DNA from: Nitrospira sp.
GTDB taxonomy: Bacteria; Nitrospirota; Nitrospiria; Nitrospirales; Nitrospiraceae
DNA length: 64,000 bases
Reading direction: 5' to 3'
Assembly (NCBI GenBank): GCA_047150005.1
Contig: AP038806.1
Coordinates: 2,624,001-2,688,000 of the forward strand
Shown in pieces: positions 28,790 to 39,178 of the stretch (positions within the stretch are counted from its first letter, which is position 1; each line of letters starts with the position of its first letter). The notes under the pieces are model-generated. The model ran no database searches, was not told where the DNA came from, and saw only the letters and a program-made list of their open reading frames with translations. Position numbers and translations under genes: made by a program.

Positions 28790-29710
28790 TCACGTGCCCA
28801 GGGCTTCTAGGTAGCGTTCGGCGTCGAGCGCGGCCATACATCCGGAGCCGGCAGCGGTGACGGCCTGCCGGTAGATGGAGTCTTGCACATCGCCGGCGGC
28901 GAAGATGCCGGACACGCTCGTGGTCGTGCCTTTCGTGGTGATGAGATAACCCTTCGGATCCATGCCCAGTTGTCCCGCGAAGAGCGACGTATTCGGTCGG
29001 TGGCCGATGGCAATAAAGACGCCTGCACAAGGAATGTCCGCCGAATGACCCGTGACGACGTTCTTGAGTCTGACGCCCGTCACGACGTCGGTGCCGAGAA
29101 TGTCTTCGACGACGGTGTTCCATATGAAGGTGATCTTGTCGTTTTTCATAGCGCGATCTTGCATGATCTTGGAGGCACGCAGCTTGTCCCGGCGGTGGAC
29201 CAGGGAGACTTTGGTGGCAAATTTAGTCAGGAAGAGTGCTTCTTCAAGAGCGCTGTCTCCGCCCCCTACGACGATGAGCTCCTTGCCGCGAAAGAAAAAT
29301 CCGTCACAGGTGGCGCAGGTGGATACGCCGTGGCCGATGAGACGGGATTCGTTCCTGAGGCCTAGCTGAATGGGGGAGGCGCCGGTCGCGATGATCACGG
29401 CTTTAGCACGGAGCGATCGCTCCCCGTCAATCGTGATGGAGAATGGGCTGGTCGTGAAATCGACTGCGGTCACGTCGCCGGTTTGAAATGCAGTACCGAA
29501 TCGCTCGGCCTGCGCGCGCATCTCCTTCATGAGCTCCGGCCCCATAATGCCCCGCGGGAATCCTGGGTAGTTTTCCACGTCAGTCGTCGTCGTGAGTTGT
29601 CCCCCGGACTGCCATCCTTCGATCAATAAAGGCGTCAAATTGGCCCTGGCGGCATAGATCGCGGCGGTGAGTCCCGCAGGTCCGGATCCGATGATGATCA
29701 GATGGTGCAT
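28790..29710 (-). CDS. trxB: Thioredoxin-disulfide reductase
   Basis: GSGPAGLTAAIY, CATCDG, GGGDSALEEA. Confidence 0.97.
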   Translation of the reverse strand: MHHLIIIGSGPAGLTAAIYAARANLTPLLIEGWQSGGQLTTTTDVENYPGFPRGIMGPELMKEMRAQAERFGTAFQTGDVTAVDFTTSPFSITIDGERSLRAKAVIIATGASPIQLGLRNESRLIGHGVSTCATCDGFFFRGKELIVVGGGDSALEEALFLTKFATKVSLVHRRDKLRASKIMQDRAMKNDKITFIWNTVVEDILGTDVVTGVRLKNVVTGHSADIPCAGVFIAIGHRPNTSLFAGQLGMDPKGYLITTKGTTTSVSGIFAAGDVQDSIYRQAVTAAGSGCMAALDAERYLEALGT

Positions 29711-29773
29711 GGGAATTCACTGTAGCACAGGGGGACTGGAGGATGACAGAACGGGGCCGAAGGCGAGGGCGGT

Positions 29774-30376
29774 CTAGGACAGCCGTTGAAACTGACGGTA
29801 CAGCTTACGGACTTCGGCCCGAAGAGCCGGTAGAGGCGCCGCGCCGTTGAGCACCGCGTCTGCCCGCGCGATTTTCCGGTTCATGGGGAGTTGGCTGTCG
29901 ATCCGTCGGAGTGATTCGTTTCGCAGTAAACCGTCTCGGGTCTTGAGGCGCGCGATTTGGATCGAGCGGGGAGCCGTGACCACCACGATCCGGGCGACCC
30001 GCTTATCGACGCCCGCCTCAAAGAGCAGCGGCACTTCGTAGATGATCACGGCATGACGATTCTGTTTGGTCGCCTGTCGCGTTTGCCTGGCCTGCAGCCG
30101 GGCGACGCGGGGATGGATGATGTGCTCGAGCTTGCGGCGCTTCCTCGGATTGTGGAACACGATATCGCCGAGCCTCCGCCTGTCGATCGTGCGGTCGGGC
30201 TTGAGAATGGACCGGCCGAACTCCGCGACGATATCCCGCCAGGCCGATTTGTCGGGTCGGACCACCTCACGAGCCAAGACATCGGCGCTGATCACGGTGG
30301 CCCCACATTGTTCGAACATCCGCGCCACGGTCGATTTTCCGGTCGCCACTCCCCCGGTCAGCCCCACGAGAATCAT
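29774..30376 (-). CDS. coaE: Dephospho-CoA kinase
   Basis: VGLTGGVATGKSTV, IIHPRV, EVPLLFE. Confidence 0.95.
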   Translation of the reverse strand: MILVGLTGGVATGKSTVARMFEQCGATVISADVLAREVVRPDKSAWRDIVAEFGRSILKPDRTIDRRRLGDIVFHNPRKRRKLEHIIHPRVARLQARQTRQATKQNRHAVIIYEVPLLFEAGVDKRVARIVVVTAPRSIQIARLKTRDGLLRNESLRRIDSQLPMNRKIARADAVLNGAAPLPALRAEVRKLYRQFQRLS

Positions 30377-30461
30377 CGGTCGGAGCATAGCACGTGGCCA
30401 AAGATCCCAACAACAAACGTCGATTGACTTCTCGATAGGCGCGCCTGTAAGACCTTACCCG

Positions 30462-31490
30462 ATGCGCATCATTGTTCTCCTCCTCACATTCCTTACATTC
30501 CTTTCCGTCGCCGGGGTGAGTTCTGCAGAGCGGCCTCAGGATCTCGGCCAAGGGAACAGGACCATCGTTGTCGCACTGGATGGCTCCGGCGATTTCACGT
30601 CCATTCAAGAGGCCGTCGATAGCGCCAAGAAAGGGGACACCGTCTTCTTGAACCCGGGGGAATACCGCCAGGACGTCACGGTCCACAGCAAAGAGAAGGT
30701 GAAGCTGGTGGGAGCGGGGCAAGACCAGGTGATCTTGCATGGGCGCGAGGATGTTGTGGGCGTGCTCCATGTGGGAAAGTGGCCGTACGGAGCCACGGAC
30801 GTGGAAATCAGCGATATGACGATCAATGAGCACGGCGGACACGCCGTCGGCCTGTTCAACGGGCGCGGTGTGACTCTCAAACGTCTGACGGTAAACGGGA
30901 TGCTGTTCAGTCAGCAGGTTCAGGACGCGCATATCGAGGATTGCATGATCGGCGGAAGCGAGACCACGGGAGTTCAGTTCGCTGATAGTCAGGCGGTGTT
31001 GGTGGGGAATTTCATCCACGACAACGATCATGGAGTCAACGTCGCCGGTAAGTCCGACGTTCGTATTGAGCGAAATGTGATTACTCGAAGTCTTTTCGAA
31101 GCCGTAGTCGTGAGCGACAAGGCGAAGGCAGCGGTCATTAGCAACACGCTCGTGAAGAACGGGGGCGGGGCGGCATTTCTTGGCCAGTCTCAGAGCGAGG
31201 TGACCGGGAACGTGGTGGGATTGAACCGCGTCGGCTTCCTGATCGCACCGTCGAGCCGGGCGCACACGTCGTATAACGCGTTGTATAACACCGACCACGA
31301 TTATATGCGGGCCGGCAATCCTAATCAGCCAGCACCCGAATTGAAATCGCAATCGGACATTACGGGCGATCCGTACTTTGTTGACCCTGGACGAGACGAT
31401 TTTCGCTTAAGAGGCGACACACCTCTGCTCAAGGTGGGGACCTTCCCATTCCTCGGCGCGCTTCCTCCGGCCTCCAAACTTTCTCAGTAG
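30462..31490 (+). CDS. Exported right-handed parallel beta-helix protein
   Basis: Signal peptide, VALDGSGDFTSIQEAVD, repeated N/G beta-helix units, DPYFVD...DFRL. Confidence 0.8.
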   Translation: MRIIVLLLTFLTFLSVAGVSSAERPQDLGQGNRTIVVALDGSGDFTSIQEAVDSAKKGDTVFLNPGEYRQDVTVHSKEKVKLVGAGQDQVILHGREDVVGVLHVGKWPYGATDVEISDMTINEHGGHAVGLFNGRGVTLKRLTVNGMLFSQQVQDAHIEDCMIGGSETTGVQFADSQAVLVGNFIHDNDHGVNVAGKSDVRIERNVITRSLFEAVVVSDKAKAAVISNTLVKNGGGAAFLGQSQSEVTGNVVGLNRVGFLIAPSSRAHTSYNALYNTDHDYMRAGNPNQPAPELKSQSDITGDPYFVDPGRDDFRLRGDTPLLKVGTFPFLGALPPASKLSQ

Positions 31491-31669
31491 ACCGCGAGAA
31501 ACGCCACGTTATCAAACGGTTGTCGGCCTACTCCTCGAGCTGCCATGCCCGTGTGCTATGCTAACAGTACATTGAGATGCGTCGGTGATCCATCCTGGCG
31601 CGCGAATTGCTGTTCGAATTGCCGTTGTTGAGGTGAGGTAAGGAATAATACAGGAAGTCGGAGGACAGT

Positions 31670-31855
31670 TTGGCAAGTTACCGACAAGAACTTGAGCAAC
31701 GATCCGGGGATGGGATGCCCTCGCTCGATGACATCGAGCCGGGAAAGATCGTTGGGGCGGTCATTCCCATGTCGGAGCGAGCGCAAACGCAAATGCGCGA
31801 CAGCATCGAGGTGATCGACTATCTTCTGAACCAGGAAAGAGTCGTCTGGAGCTAG
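31670..31855 (+). CDS. Small hypothetical protein
   Basis: TTG start with GGAGG RBS; 61 aa. Confidence 0.5.
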   Translation: MASYRQELEQRSGDGMPSLDDIEPGKIVGAVIPMSERAQTQMRDSIEVIDYLLNQERVVWS

Positions 31856-31971
31856 ACCTTCCTTCCGTCGTGATCCGTTGCCTTGCAACTCCCCTTGACA
31901 GGCCATTCTCCTCTTCGTAGGCTGCCGCAGATTCGCCATCGCTTTATCATTCACTCCTGGAGGAGCTACCT

Positions 31972-32520
31972 ATGCCGTCTATTGGACGATTGGTGGGTGT
32001 TCGCGGTTCGCACAAGACAGCGCTCGTGGTGCTCATGTTCGGTCTGGGGCTCTCGGGAGTTGGTCATGCGGCCGAGGAGTTGCCCAAAGAGTCGGTGTTG
32101 CCGCTGATGATGGCCAATAAGGCCGCGCAAGCCGCAATAGAGGCCTGTAAGAAGGACGGATACAAGGTCAGCGCTTCGGTGGTGGACCGTGCTGGGGAGA
32201 TGCGGGCCATGGGGCGAGCAGACGGTGCCGGACCGCACACGATAGACAGCAGCAGGAAGAAGGCCTATACGGCCGCCAGCTTGCGCCGTCCCACGAGCGA
32301 GTTGGCCGACATGATCGGCAAAGTTCCGACCTTGCAGTCGCTGCGCGACATGAACGAGAACGTGCTGATTTTGGGCGGCGGATTGCCGATCGAGATCGGG
32401 GGTGAGGTTGTGGGCGGCATCGGGGTGGGAGGTGCCCCGGGTGCGCATCTCGACGACGCCTGCGCGCAGGCCGGACTGGACGCCATCGGTGCCTCTCCGA
32501 AAGTTCCTGCTCCAAAGTGA
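31972..32520 (+). CDS. Heme-binding protein, GlcG/HbpS family
   Basis: SVVDRAG, RKKAYTA, GGGLPI...GGIGVGGAPG...DDACA; signal peptide. Confidence 0.88.
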   Translation: MPSIGRLVGVRGSHKTALVVLMFGLGLSGVGHAAEELPKESVLPLMMANKAAQAAIEACKKDGYKVSASVVDRAGEMRAMGRADGAGPHTIDSSRKKAYTAASLRRPTSELADMIGKVPTLQSLRDMNENVLILGGGLPIEIGGEVVGGIGVGGAPGAHLDDACAQAGLDAIGASPKVPAPK

Positions 32521-32972
32521 GGCGGCTGGCCCACGCGACCATCATACTATGGGCCTGGAGCCATCTTGCGGCATGCAACAGCGATATTCCCGAGGTGGCT
32601 GTGGCTGAGATGCCGTCGCTCGGCCTCGTGGTCACCGTGACGCGGGTGGCCACACATCCATTTCTAGCCCGGTACGACCTCAGCATGAAAGCCACGGCGG
32701 GAGCGGGGTGTTCTGCGACCAGTGAGCTGTTTCCTGATACCGGAGGCGTGAGTCGACGCAATGTATATGCGGGAATCACGGGCTTACTGTACATGGTAGG
32801 ACAATACGACGTCCGCGTGTTCAATCGGGACCGCTGTTCGGTTGAGCTGCAGGAGTTTCGTTCGCTGGAGGGTCGGTTGGTTTACCTGGGCACATTCGAT
32901 CTCGATCGCGAACACCGGTGGAGATTTTTCCCGGCCGCCGCGCGTCCAGAGCGGCCGTTCGAAAGGTTGTAG
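32517..32972 (+). CDS. Putative lipoprotein
   Basis: LAAC lipobox; GTGA overlap with the upstream gene. Confidence 0.6.
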   Translation: MRRLAHATIILWAWSHLAACNSDIPEVAVAEMPSLGLVVTVTRVATHPFLARYDLSMKATAGAGCSATSELFPDTGGVSRRNVYAGITGLLYMVGQYDVRVFNRDRCSVELQEFRSLEGRLVYLGTFDLDREHRWRFFPAAARPERPFERL

Positions 32973-33308
32973 CTGCGATCAGCCGGTTCCGATAATGTCT
33001 GAGCGAGGCCAGTCTGAACCAACCGATTGTGGGCTATCATCAGGACGAACAAGGGGACTGGGTGGCGGACCTTGCCTGTGGACATGGGCAACATGTACGG
33101 CATCAACCACCGATGACGAACCGCCCCTGGGTCCTGACGCGGGAGGGTCGTGAGCAGCACCTTGGAGAGGTCCTGTTCTGCAAGAAATGTGAAATAGGCT
33201 GATATGCCTGAATTTGTTTGGTCTGTGGTGGTTCGATGCTATTCTTCTTCTGGAGAAGCGGTCGGAGAATGAGACCGAGAGGGCGTCCGTCCGCTCCAAG
33301 GAGGAAAG

Positions 33309-33938
33309 ATGGCCACACTCACTGCGGCGGATTCGCAGCCGTCCGGTAACGCTTCCAAACAGACTCCCCGAGGAATGCAGCGGGGATATGTTCTGTGGAT
33401 CGGCGTGCTGCTCTTTCTGTACTCCGCCCTGTTTTTCACCCTGGCGTTTTTCGGCCCCCATCTGCAGCCTCTCGTGACATTGTACATGGGCAGTTCCCTA
33501 GCCGACCGCCAGGAGGCGGCGCTGAAACTCCTTTCCCTCAGCGAGACGGTGTCGATTGCGGTCCCGGTTCTGTTTCTAGGGGCGGCAATCTTCAGCCTGG
33601 TGCTGACAAAACGAGTGGCCCGTCCGCTCCACGTTCTGGAGGAGAGCATCGTCCGGTGGGCGGATGGGGATCTGACGACCCGACTGCGGTTTCGACAGGT
33701 GGATCGACTCGATGCACTTGAAAAGTCGATTAACGCGGGGATGCAGGCGATTGACGCCTCGTTTGCGACGATCGCGCGGGAACAGGCACGCGCGAAAGAG
33801 GCCGTGGCCCACATTCGCGCTGCACTTGAGACGCAGCCGGGTTCATCGGAGAAGGCCCTGCAAGGGCTCGACGACGCCAACGATGCCTTTGTCAAAATGG
33901 CAGAAATTCTCCGGAAGTTTCGGTTCACTCGCCGGTAG
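33309..33938 (+). CDS. Two-TM HAMP-domain membrane protein without a signalling domain
   Basis: Two TM helices then RVARPL...ADGDLTTRL...DRLDALEKSIN; short coiled tail. Confidence 0.7.
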   Translation: MATLTAADSQPSGNASKQTPRGMQRGYVLWIGVLLFLYSALFFTLAFFGPHLQPLVTLYMGSSLADRQEAALKLLSLSETVSIAVPVLFLGAAIFSLVLTKRVARPLHVLEESIVRWADGDLTTRLRFRQVDRLDALEKSINAGMQAIDASFATIAREQARAKEAVAHIRAALETQPGSSEKALQGLDDANDAFVKMAEILRKFRFTRR

Positions 33939-33954
33939 GAACGGCTTCCACGTC

Positions 33955-34518
33955 ATGGATATCGAGAAGCGATCATTGGCGGCCGGAGGCTTTACGCTGA
34001 TGGAGTTGATGACGGTATTGGCCATCCTGTCTCTGCTGATTGCCGTGGGTGTGGCATCGTATTCCCGGTTCATCGCCAAAGCCAAATCGGTGGAAGCGGA
34101 GGTCGCGCTCTCCGAAATTCACCGTCTGGAACAGATCCATTATGCTTCGACCGGCACGTACACGGCGAATGTCGACGAATTGGGATTCAGGCCTTTTCAG
34201 CCTCTCAAGTATTATTCGTTGTTCGTTCAAGTCGCCGGTGAGTCGGGCAATGGAGCATTCCGCGCCCTGGCCGTCCCCTTGTCCGGTTCCGGGGAGCAGA
34301 CCTTTTCCGTCGTGCAGTACGCACCGGACAAAGCTTCGTCAAGCGGCGGAGCCGGTCTGTCCGGTCAAGGAAGCGGTAGCGGCCTGGCATTCGGTGGGGA
34401 AGGCTGGAGCGACGAAGGCATCATTCGGCTAGAGACGAGCGGAGCCCAAAAAGGCGGCATTGAGAAAGTCGTGTCGAACCCGAAGCCTGCCGCTGCTCCT
34501 AAGCCGGCGAGCAAGTAG
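33955..34518 (+). CDS. Type IV pilin-like protein
   Basis: GFTLMELMTVLAIL prepilin cleavage/methylation motif. Confidence 0.85.
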   Translation: MDIEKRSLAAGGFTLMELMTVLAILSLLIAVGVASYSRFIAKAKSVEAEVALSEIHRLEQIHYASTGTYTANVDELGFRPFQPLKYYSLFVQVAGESGNGAFRALAVPLSGSGEQTFSVVQYAPDKASSSGGAGLSGQGSGSGLAFGGEGWSDEGIIRLETSGAQKGGIEKVVSNPKPAAAPKPASK

Positions 34519-34520
34519 AT

Positions 34521-35633
34521 CTATCCGTGTTCGATGACGGTCGCGACCGGACCGGGTTGCACCGAGAGGTCCAGGCCCGGAGCGTTCCAAGGGACGAGCC
34601 GAGCTTCTTCGTAGTGATACCCACCCATAACGGGGTCGTTCGCCAGAAGCAGCGGCGTATCGAGGTCTAATACCTCGAACCCCTTGATCCCGAGAACTAG
34701 ACTGAAGGAACAGCCCATCGCCACTCTGGTTTCCACCATCCCGCCCACCATCAGCCGCAGCCCGGAGGAAAGCGTATAGGCCGCGATTTCTCGAGCCTCG
34801 ATCAGACCGGTCTTCATAATCTTGATGTTGATGAAGTCGGCGGCATGACTGGCCACGACGCTGTGCGCGTCGGCGAGCGAGCGGACGGATTCATCGGCCG
34901 CGACGGGGATGCCGGTGTCGCGTCGAATGGCGGCGAGCCCCTCGAGATCGTTGCGCGGAAGCGGTTGCTCCAACAAGGTCAACACACCTCCGAAGTGTTT
35001 CACCCCTGCGACGAAAGCCGAACACTCGTCGCGTGAAAATCCCTGGTTGCCGTCGCCGATAAACGCGATTCCTGCCAATGTATGATGGAGTGCTCCCAAG
35101 CGCCTGATATCTTCCTCCACATCTTTGCCGACCTTCATCTTGAAGAGGCGGAAGCCTCTGGCGTACCAACGGCGTCCCAGGTCGATGGTTTTTGCCAGAT
35201 CGCAGATCGGGATTGTGATATCGCTTTCTCGTCTCCGAACGTCGGCCCCTCCCCAGAGCGTCCACATGGGGATACCCAAGGATCGGCAGTAGGCATCGAC
35301 GGCGGCGGTCTCCAAGCCGCAGCGCGCGGCCGGCTGATGCGGCTGGTCGTCCTTGAGGATATCCGCAAGGTGGGCGAAGCGGTCGACTCGTTCCGTGACC
35401 ATGCGCTCACCGAGTCGTTTCAACGCATTCAGGCACGAGCTGCGAGTCTCTCCCCCGACTTCGGGAAAGGGAGCCGCTTCGCCGTAACCATGCACCCCGT
35501 TGGCTAGCGTCACGCGCACGAAGACATTCTCCGCCGACAAGCGAACTCCGGTCGCGACGACAAAAGGATCCGTCATCGGCACATCAACCGGCCAGAATTC
35601 AATCCTGCGAATCGTGAGGCTCTCGGTCGGCAT
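34521..35633 (-). CDS. Dipeptide epimerase, enolase superfamily
   Basis: GYGEAAP, FKMKVG, DGNQG, EQP, ADES, NIKIMKTG, DLD. Confidence 0.9.
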   Translation of the reverse strand: MPTESLTIRRIEFWPVDVPMTDPFVVATGVRLSAENVFVRVTLANGVHGYGEAAPFPEVGGETRSSCLNALKRLGERMVTERVDRFAHLADILKDDQPHQPAARCGLETAAVDAYCRSLGIPMWTLWGGADVRRRESDITIPICDLAKTIDLGRRWYARGFRLFKMKVGKDVEEDIRRLGALHHTLAGIAFIGDGNQGFSRDECSAFVAGVKHFGGVLTLLEQPLPRNDLEGLAAIRRDTGIPVAADESVRSLADAHSVVASHAADFINIKIMKTGLIEAREIAAYTLSSGLRLMVGGMVETRVAMGCSFSLVLGIKGFEVLDLDTPLLLANDPVMGGYHYEEARLVPWNAPGLDLSVQPGPVATVIEHG

Positions 35634-35774
35634 GTGATATACCTGCGTGGGCGACATGGTACCGGGATCCACGGACGAAGTCAGCCGATTGTGTGACAGC
35701 CGGATATCAGATCGCTGACTTGACTTCCAACCTTCACTGGTCGAGAACATCGAGCAGGAGCAGATGAGCGTGGC

Positions 35775-38561
35775 ATGAAGAAAGGGCTTGCGGTCGCTAC
35801 GATAGGGATAGCTCTATGCGGGCTGGCGGCGGCAGTGTGGCTGCTCGTGCCGTCGGCCGCATCCCTTCTGCTTGAACGGTGGCTGCATGACGTCGGATTT
35901 GAGGAAGCGACGGTCCGGGTGGGATTGCCCGGATGGGGTCTGATTTCTCTCCCGAACATTCGGCTGAAGCATCTCCTTCAGGATGAGGCGCTGATCATCG
36001 AATCAAGGGAGACGGTGATCAGATACAGCCTGGCCGGTCTCCTGGCCGGACGGTTCGATGAGGTGGCGCTGCCGGACGTGCGGATGGCATTGACGGCTGT
36101 TCCGTCCCCAGCGCCCCATGCGGCCGAGGCGGATGAGCGGGGCGTGCACGAACAGTTCTTTTCACTTTTCAATATGGTCACCGTCAGTGATCTGGTCAGG
36201 GGCATCCCTCTGCTTCCCTGGGACAACCTGCAACTCGGGCGGTTGGAAATTACTCGCGAACAGGCGATCGGGCCGTTCAGACAGTTAGCGGTAGCCGGAT
36301 CGGTCCGCCAACGCGGGGAAGGGTTGCTTGCGACCATCACCGTTCAAGGAAACGACACGCAAGCTTATGAGCTGCGCGTGTCCGACCTGGCCACCGGCAT
36401 CATGTCGGTTCAATTGGCGGCGAACGGTTCTTCTTCTGTTCCGATCCTCAGTTGGCGATCGGAAGCAATCGTCGGTGAGGCGCATGCGCAGCTTCGCGGA
36501 ATGATCGACGTTAATGTTCAGGCGTTGGCGCCGTTTCTCGCGTTGGTCCTGCCCGCCGGATCCGAATGGCGGGAGACGACCGGCCGCATCCAGGCCAATT
36601 GGATCGGAACCGCCTCCACGGCGGCGGCGTTAGCGTCAGTCTGGCACGATCCCGACACGCAGGTGCAAGGGACCATGCAGATGGCCGTGAAGCTTCCATC
36701 GCTTGCAGGTCTAGGGCGCAAACTGACGGCGGCCATGATCGGAACGTTTTCCGGAAGTCCCGGGCAACTGCGCTGGACGATCGAACCGGGTACGATCGCG
36801 TCGGCCGACATCGAATTAAAGAACATGGCTGGCCTTGCCGCATATCGAAAATTCTTGCCCGCCGGCATTCAGGTTTTCCGGATCGAAAGCGGGAGGGGAG
36901 TGAGCGGCGAACTACGCGCAGCCGACTCGCCCCCGAGCATTCGAGTGCAAGGTCCTTTGATGCTGTCGATGGGTTCCACGCAGGATGCCGCACATGCGGA
37001 AATGTCTCTTGCCCTCGTCACGCTCCGCGGCAGCCGGCTCGAATCAGCGGAAGGCACGTTCGATCTCGTCGGAGACCTTCCGAGGCCGCTCACCGAGGGC
37101 CTCTCCATCCAACGAGTCACGGGAAAGGTGGAAGGACGATTTTCCATGCGCGATGCTGAAATTCAAGGATCTCTCCTCCCATCGTCCTCAGTCACAGCCG
37201 TCAAGTTCCGTCAGGGGGCGGTCAGCGTGGATCGTGGTTCGATTGTGCTGGCCAATACCCCGATGTTCCGATTCGTGCCGGCGACGGGAGAATGGACCAC
37301 CACCCTGGCAGCCTTCGCACTGCGAGTCCCGGTGCTCCGCTGGACTGATGAAGAGGTGATGGTTCAGGACGCTCTGCTGAAGATGGAGGAAGCGGGAGGG
37401 GCATACCTGACCAGATGGAAGGGGAGAGGGACGGCGGTGGTTCAGGGCATCACTGTCGGGCGGCAGGCCGGTCGTAGCATCCCCGCCGACCTTACCGTTC
37501 GGCTTGAAGCGGATGAAGTCGCGGTCAAGGCCGACGTTCGAGTCGATACACCGGACCATGTCGTGACCTTGGACGCAGAGGCCGAACATGTTCTTGCGAC
37601 ACACAGAGGATGGGCACGCGGTACGATCGGCCCGATCCTTTTTGATGGGGACAAGGTCCGGCTACGACGGCTGTGGAATTCTTGGCCCTATCCGGTAGAC
37701 ATCGAAGGAGGCAGGGCGCAAGCAACCGCGGAATTGACATGGGACGCGGGTCTTTCGGACGCCGTTGCTATGAAATCCGGCACAGCGGTGATTGCGTTGG
37801 AGAACCTTCGCGGCCACTATCGCGAATTCGCGTTTGCGGGTCTGCACACGACCCTCGACCTTGCTGCGACGTCGCCTGAGAGAGGGGCGACGTTACGGCC
37901 TGCCAAAGTTGAAATCGCCTCATTCAGCCGAGGGATCGAGGCCACGCACATTTCCTTCACGGTACAAAGCGAATCGGATTCGAAAGGGGGGGGCCTCGTC
38001 CTCGAAATCCGTGATGTACGATGGGAGGTTTTGGGGGGGACCATGACGAGTCAGGGTGTACGGGCGGATCTGTCCCATCCTCCCTATGCGTTTATCGTGC
38101 TGGTGAGAGCGGTGGATCTGGGGAAGGTCTTGAGTCTGGAACAGCAAAAGGGGTTGGAGGGAACCGGGCTCCTGGACGGAACCATTCCTGTGAGCGTGGC
38201 TCCAGGCGGGATCAGCGTCAAAGACGGAGCGTTTGAATCCCGTCCGCCCGGCGGGGTCATCCGCTATCATGCTTCTTCTGAAACCAGCAAGGCTTTGACG
38301 GACGCCAATGCCAGTATGGAACTGGTTCTCCAGGCACTCAACAACTTCCACTATGATGTGCTACAAGTTGAATCCCAGTACGGAGAGGATGGATTATTGC
38401 ACCTCAAGGCTCGGCTTGAAGGACGAAATCCCGACATGAAGCAGTCGCCGCCGATCCATTTCAACTTGACGGTGCAGGAAAGCGTTCCGGCTCTCATGAA
38501 AAGCCTCAGGCTCGTCCGGGATATCGAGACGTCGGTCGAAAACCGATTTGTCCTGCCATAG
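35775..38561 (+). CDS. ydbH: YdbH-family (AsmA-like) intermembrane protein
   Basis: N-terminal TM, long beta-rich body, C-terminal GTIPV...GGVIRY...ALNNFHY...LEGRNP; followed by ynbE and ydbL. Confidence 0.85.
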   Translation: MKKGLAVATIGIALCGLAAAVWLLVPSAASLLLERWLHDVGFEEATVRVGLPGWGLISLPNIRLKHLLQDEALIIESRETVIRYSLAGLLAGRFDEVALPDVRMALTAVPSPAPHAAEADERGVHEQFFSLFNMVTVSDLVRGIPLLPWDNLQLGRLEITREQAIGPFRQLAVAGSVRQRGEGLLATITVQGNDTQAYELRVSDLATGIMSVQLAANGSSSVPILSWRSEAIVGEAHAQLRGMIDVNVQALAPFLALVLPAGSEWRETTGRIQANWIGTASTAAALASVWHDPDTQVQGTMQMAVKLPSLAGLGRKLTAAMIGTFSGSPGQLRWTIEPGTIASADIELKNMAGLAAYRKFLPAGIQVFRIESGRGVSGELRAADSPPSIRVQGPLMLSMGSTQDAAHAEMSLALVTLRGSRLESAEGTFDLVGDLPRPLTEGLSIQRVTGKVEGRFSMRDAEIQGSLLPSSSVTAVKFRQGAVSVDRGSIVLANTPMFRFVPATGEWTTTLAAFALRVPVLRWTDEEVMVQDALLKMEEAGGAYLTRWKGRGTAVVQGITVGRQAGRSIPADLTVRLEADEVAVKADVRVDTPDHVVTLDAEAEHVLATHRGWARGTIGPILFDGDKVRLRRLWNSWPYPVDIEGGRAQATAELTWDAGLSDAVAMKSGTAVIALENLRGHYREFAFAGLHTTLDLAATSPERGATLRPAKVEIASFSRGIEATHISFTVQSESDSKGGGLVLEIRDVRWEVLGGTMTSQGVRADLSHPPYAFIVLVRAVDLGKVLSLEQQKGLEGTGLLDGTIPVSVAPGGISVKDGAFESRPPGGVIRYHASSETSKALTDANASMELVLQALNNFHYDVLQVESQYGEDGLLHLKARLEGRNPDMKQSPPIHFNLTVQESVPALMKSLRLVRDIETSVENRFVLP

Positions 38562-38570
38562 GGTAGGTGG

Positions 38571-38791
38571 CGATGACGACGTATCACGGTAAGCGACTAT
38601 TGGCAGCGACGGTCGCGTGGATCCTCGCAGGCATAGTGGCGTGCACGACAGGCTGTACTCCGCGGGTGGAGGTGGCGGCTCCCGAAAAGCCGATTACGAT
38701 CAATTTGAACGTCAAGATCGATCACGAGATCCGCGTGAAGGTGGATAAGGAACTGGATCGTGTGCTGTCGAGCGACAGCGGGCTTTTCTGA
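38571..38791 (+). CDS. ynbE: YnbE-family lipoprotein (start approximate; ORF track 38567)
   Basis: GCTPRVEVAAPEKPITINLNVKIDHEIRVKVDK. Confidence 0.9.
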
Positions 38792-38794
38792 GGA

Positions 38795-39142
38795 TTGAAG
38801 ATGGGGGATTCGATGCGAAAGGTCGGGGTAATCCTCATCGTCACGGCGTCTTGTTTCTGGTCCGTTCCCGCCGTCTTCGGAATCTCTCTGGAGGAAGCCA
38901 AGGCCAAAGGATTGGTGGGGGAGAAAGGCAGCGGCTACCTCGGGGTTGTCACCCCGTCAGGGCAGGATGTCCAGGTTCTTGTCAATGACGTGAACAAGAA
39001 ACGGCGCCAAGCGTATGAGGACATTGCCAAGAGGAACAAGACACCGTTAGATGCCGTGGAGACCCTGGCCGGGGAAAAGGCGATTCAGAATACCCGCCCA
39101 GGCAACTATGTGGAAGGTCCCGGCGGATGGGTGAAGAAATAG
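38795..39142 (+). CDS. ydbL: YdbL-family protein (DUF1318)
   Basis: LEEAKAKGLVGE..GYL...VN.KRRQAY...GGWVKK. Confidence 0.9.
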   Translation: MKMGDSMRKVGVILIVTASCFWSVPAVFGISLEEAKAKGLVGEKGSGYLGVVTPSGQDVQVLVNDVNKKRRQAYEDIAKRNKTPLDAVETLAGEKAIQNTRPGNYVEGPGGWVKK

Positions 39143-39178
39143 CGTTGGTTAACGGGTGGCTCGAAGCGTTTTTTGATT

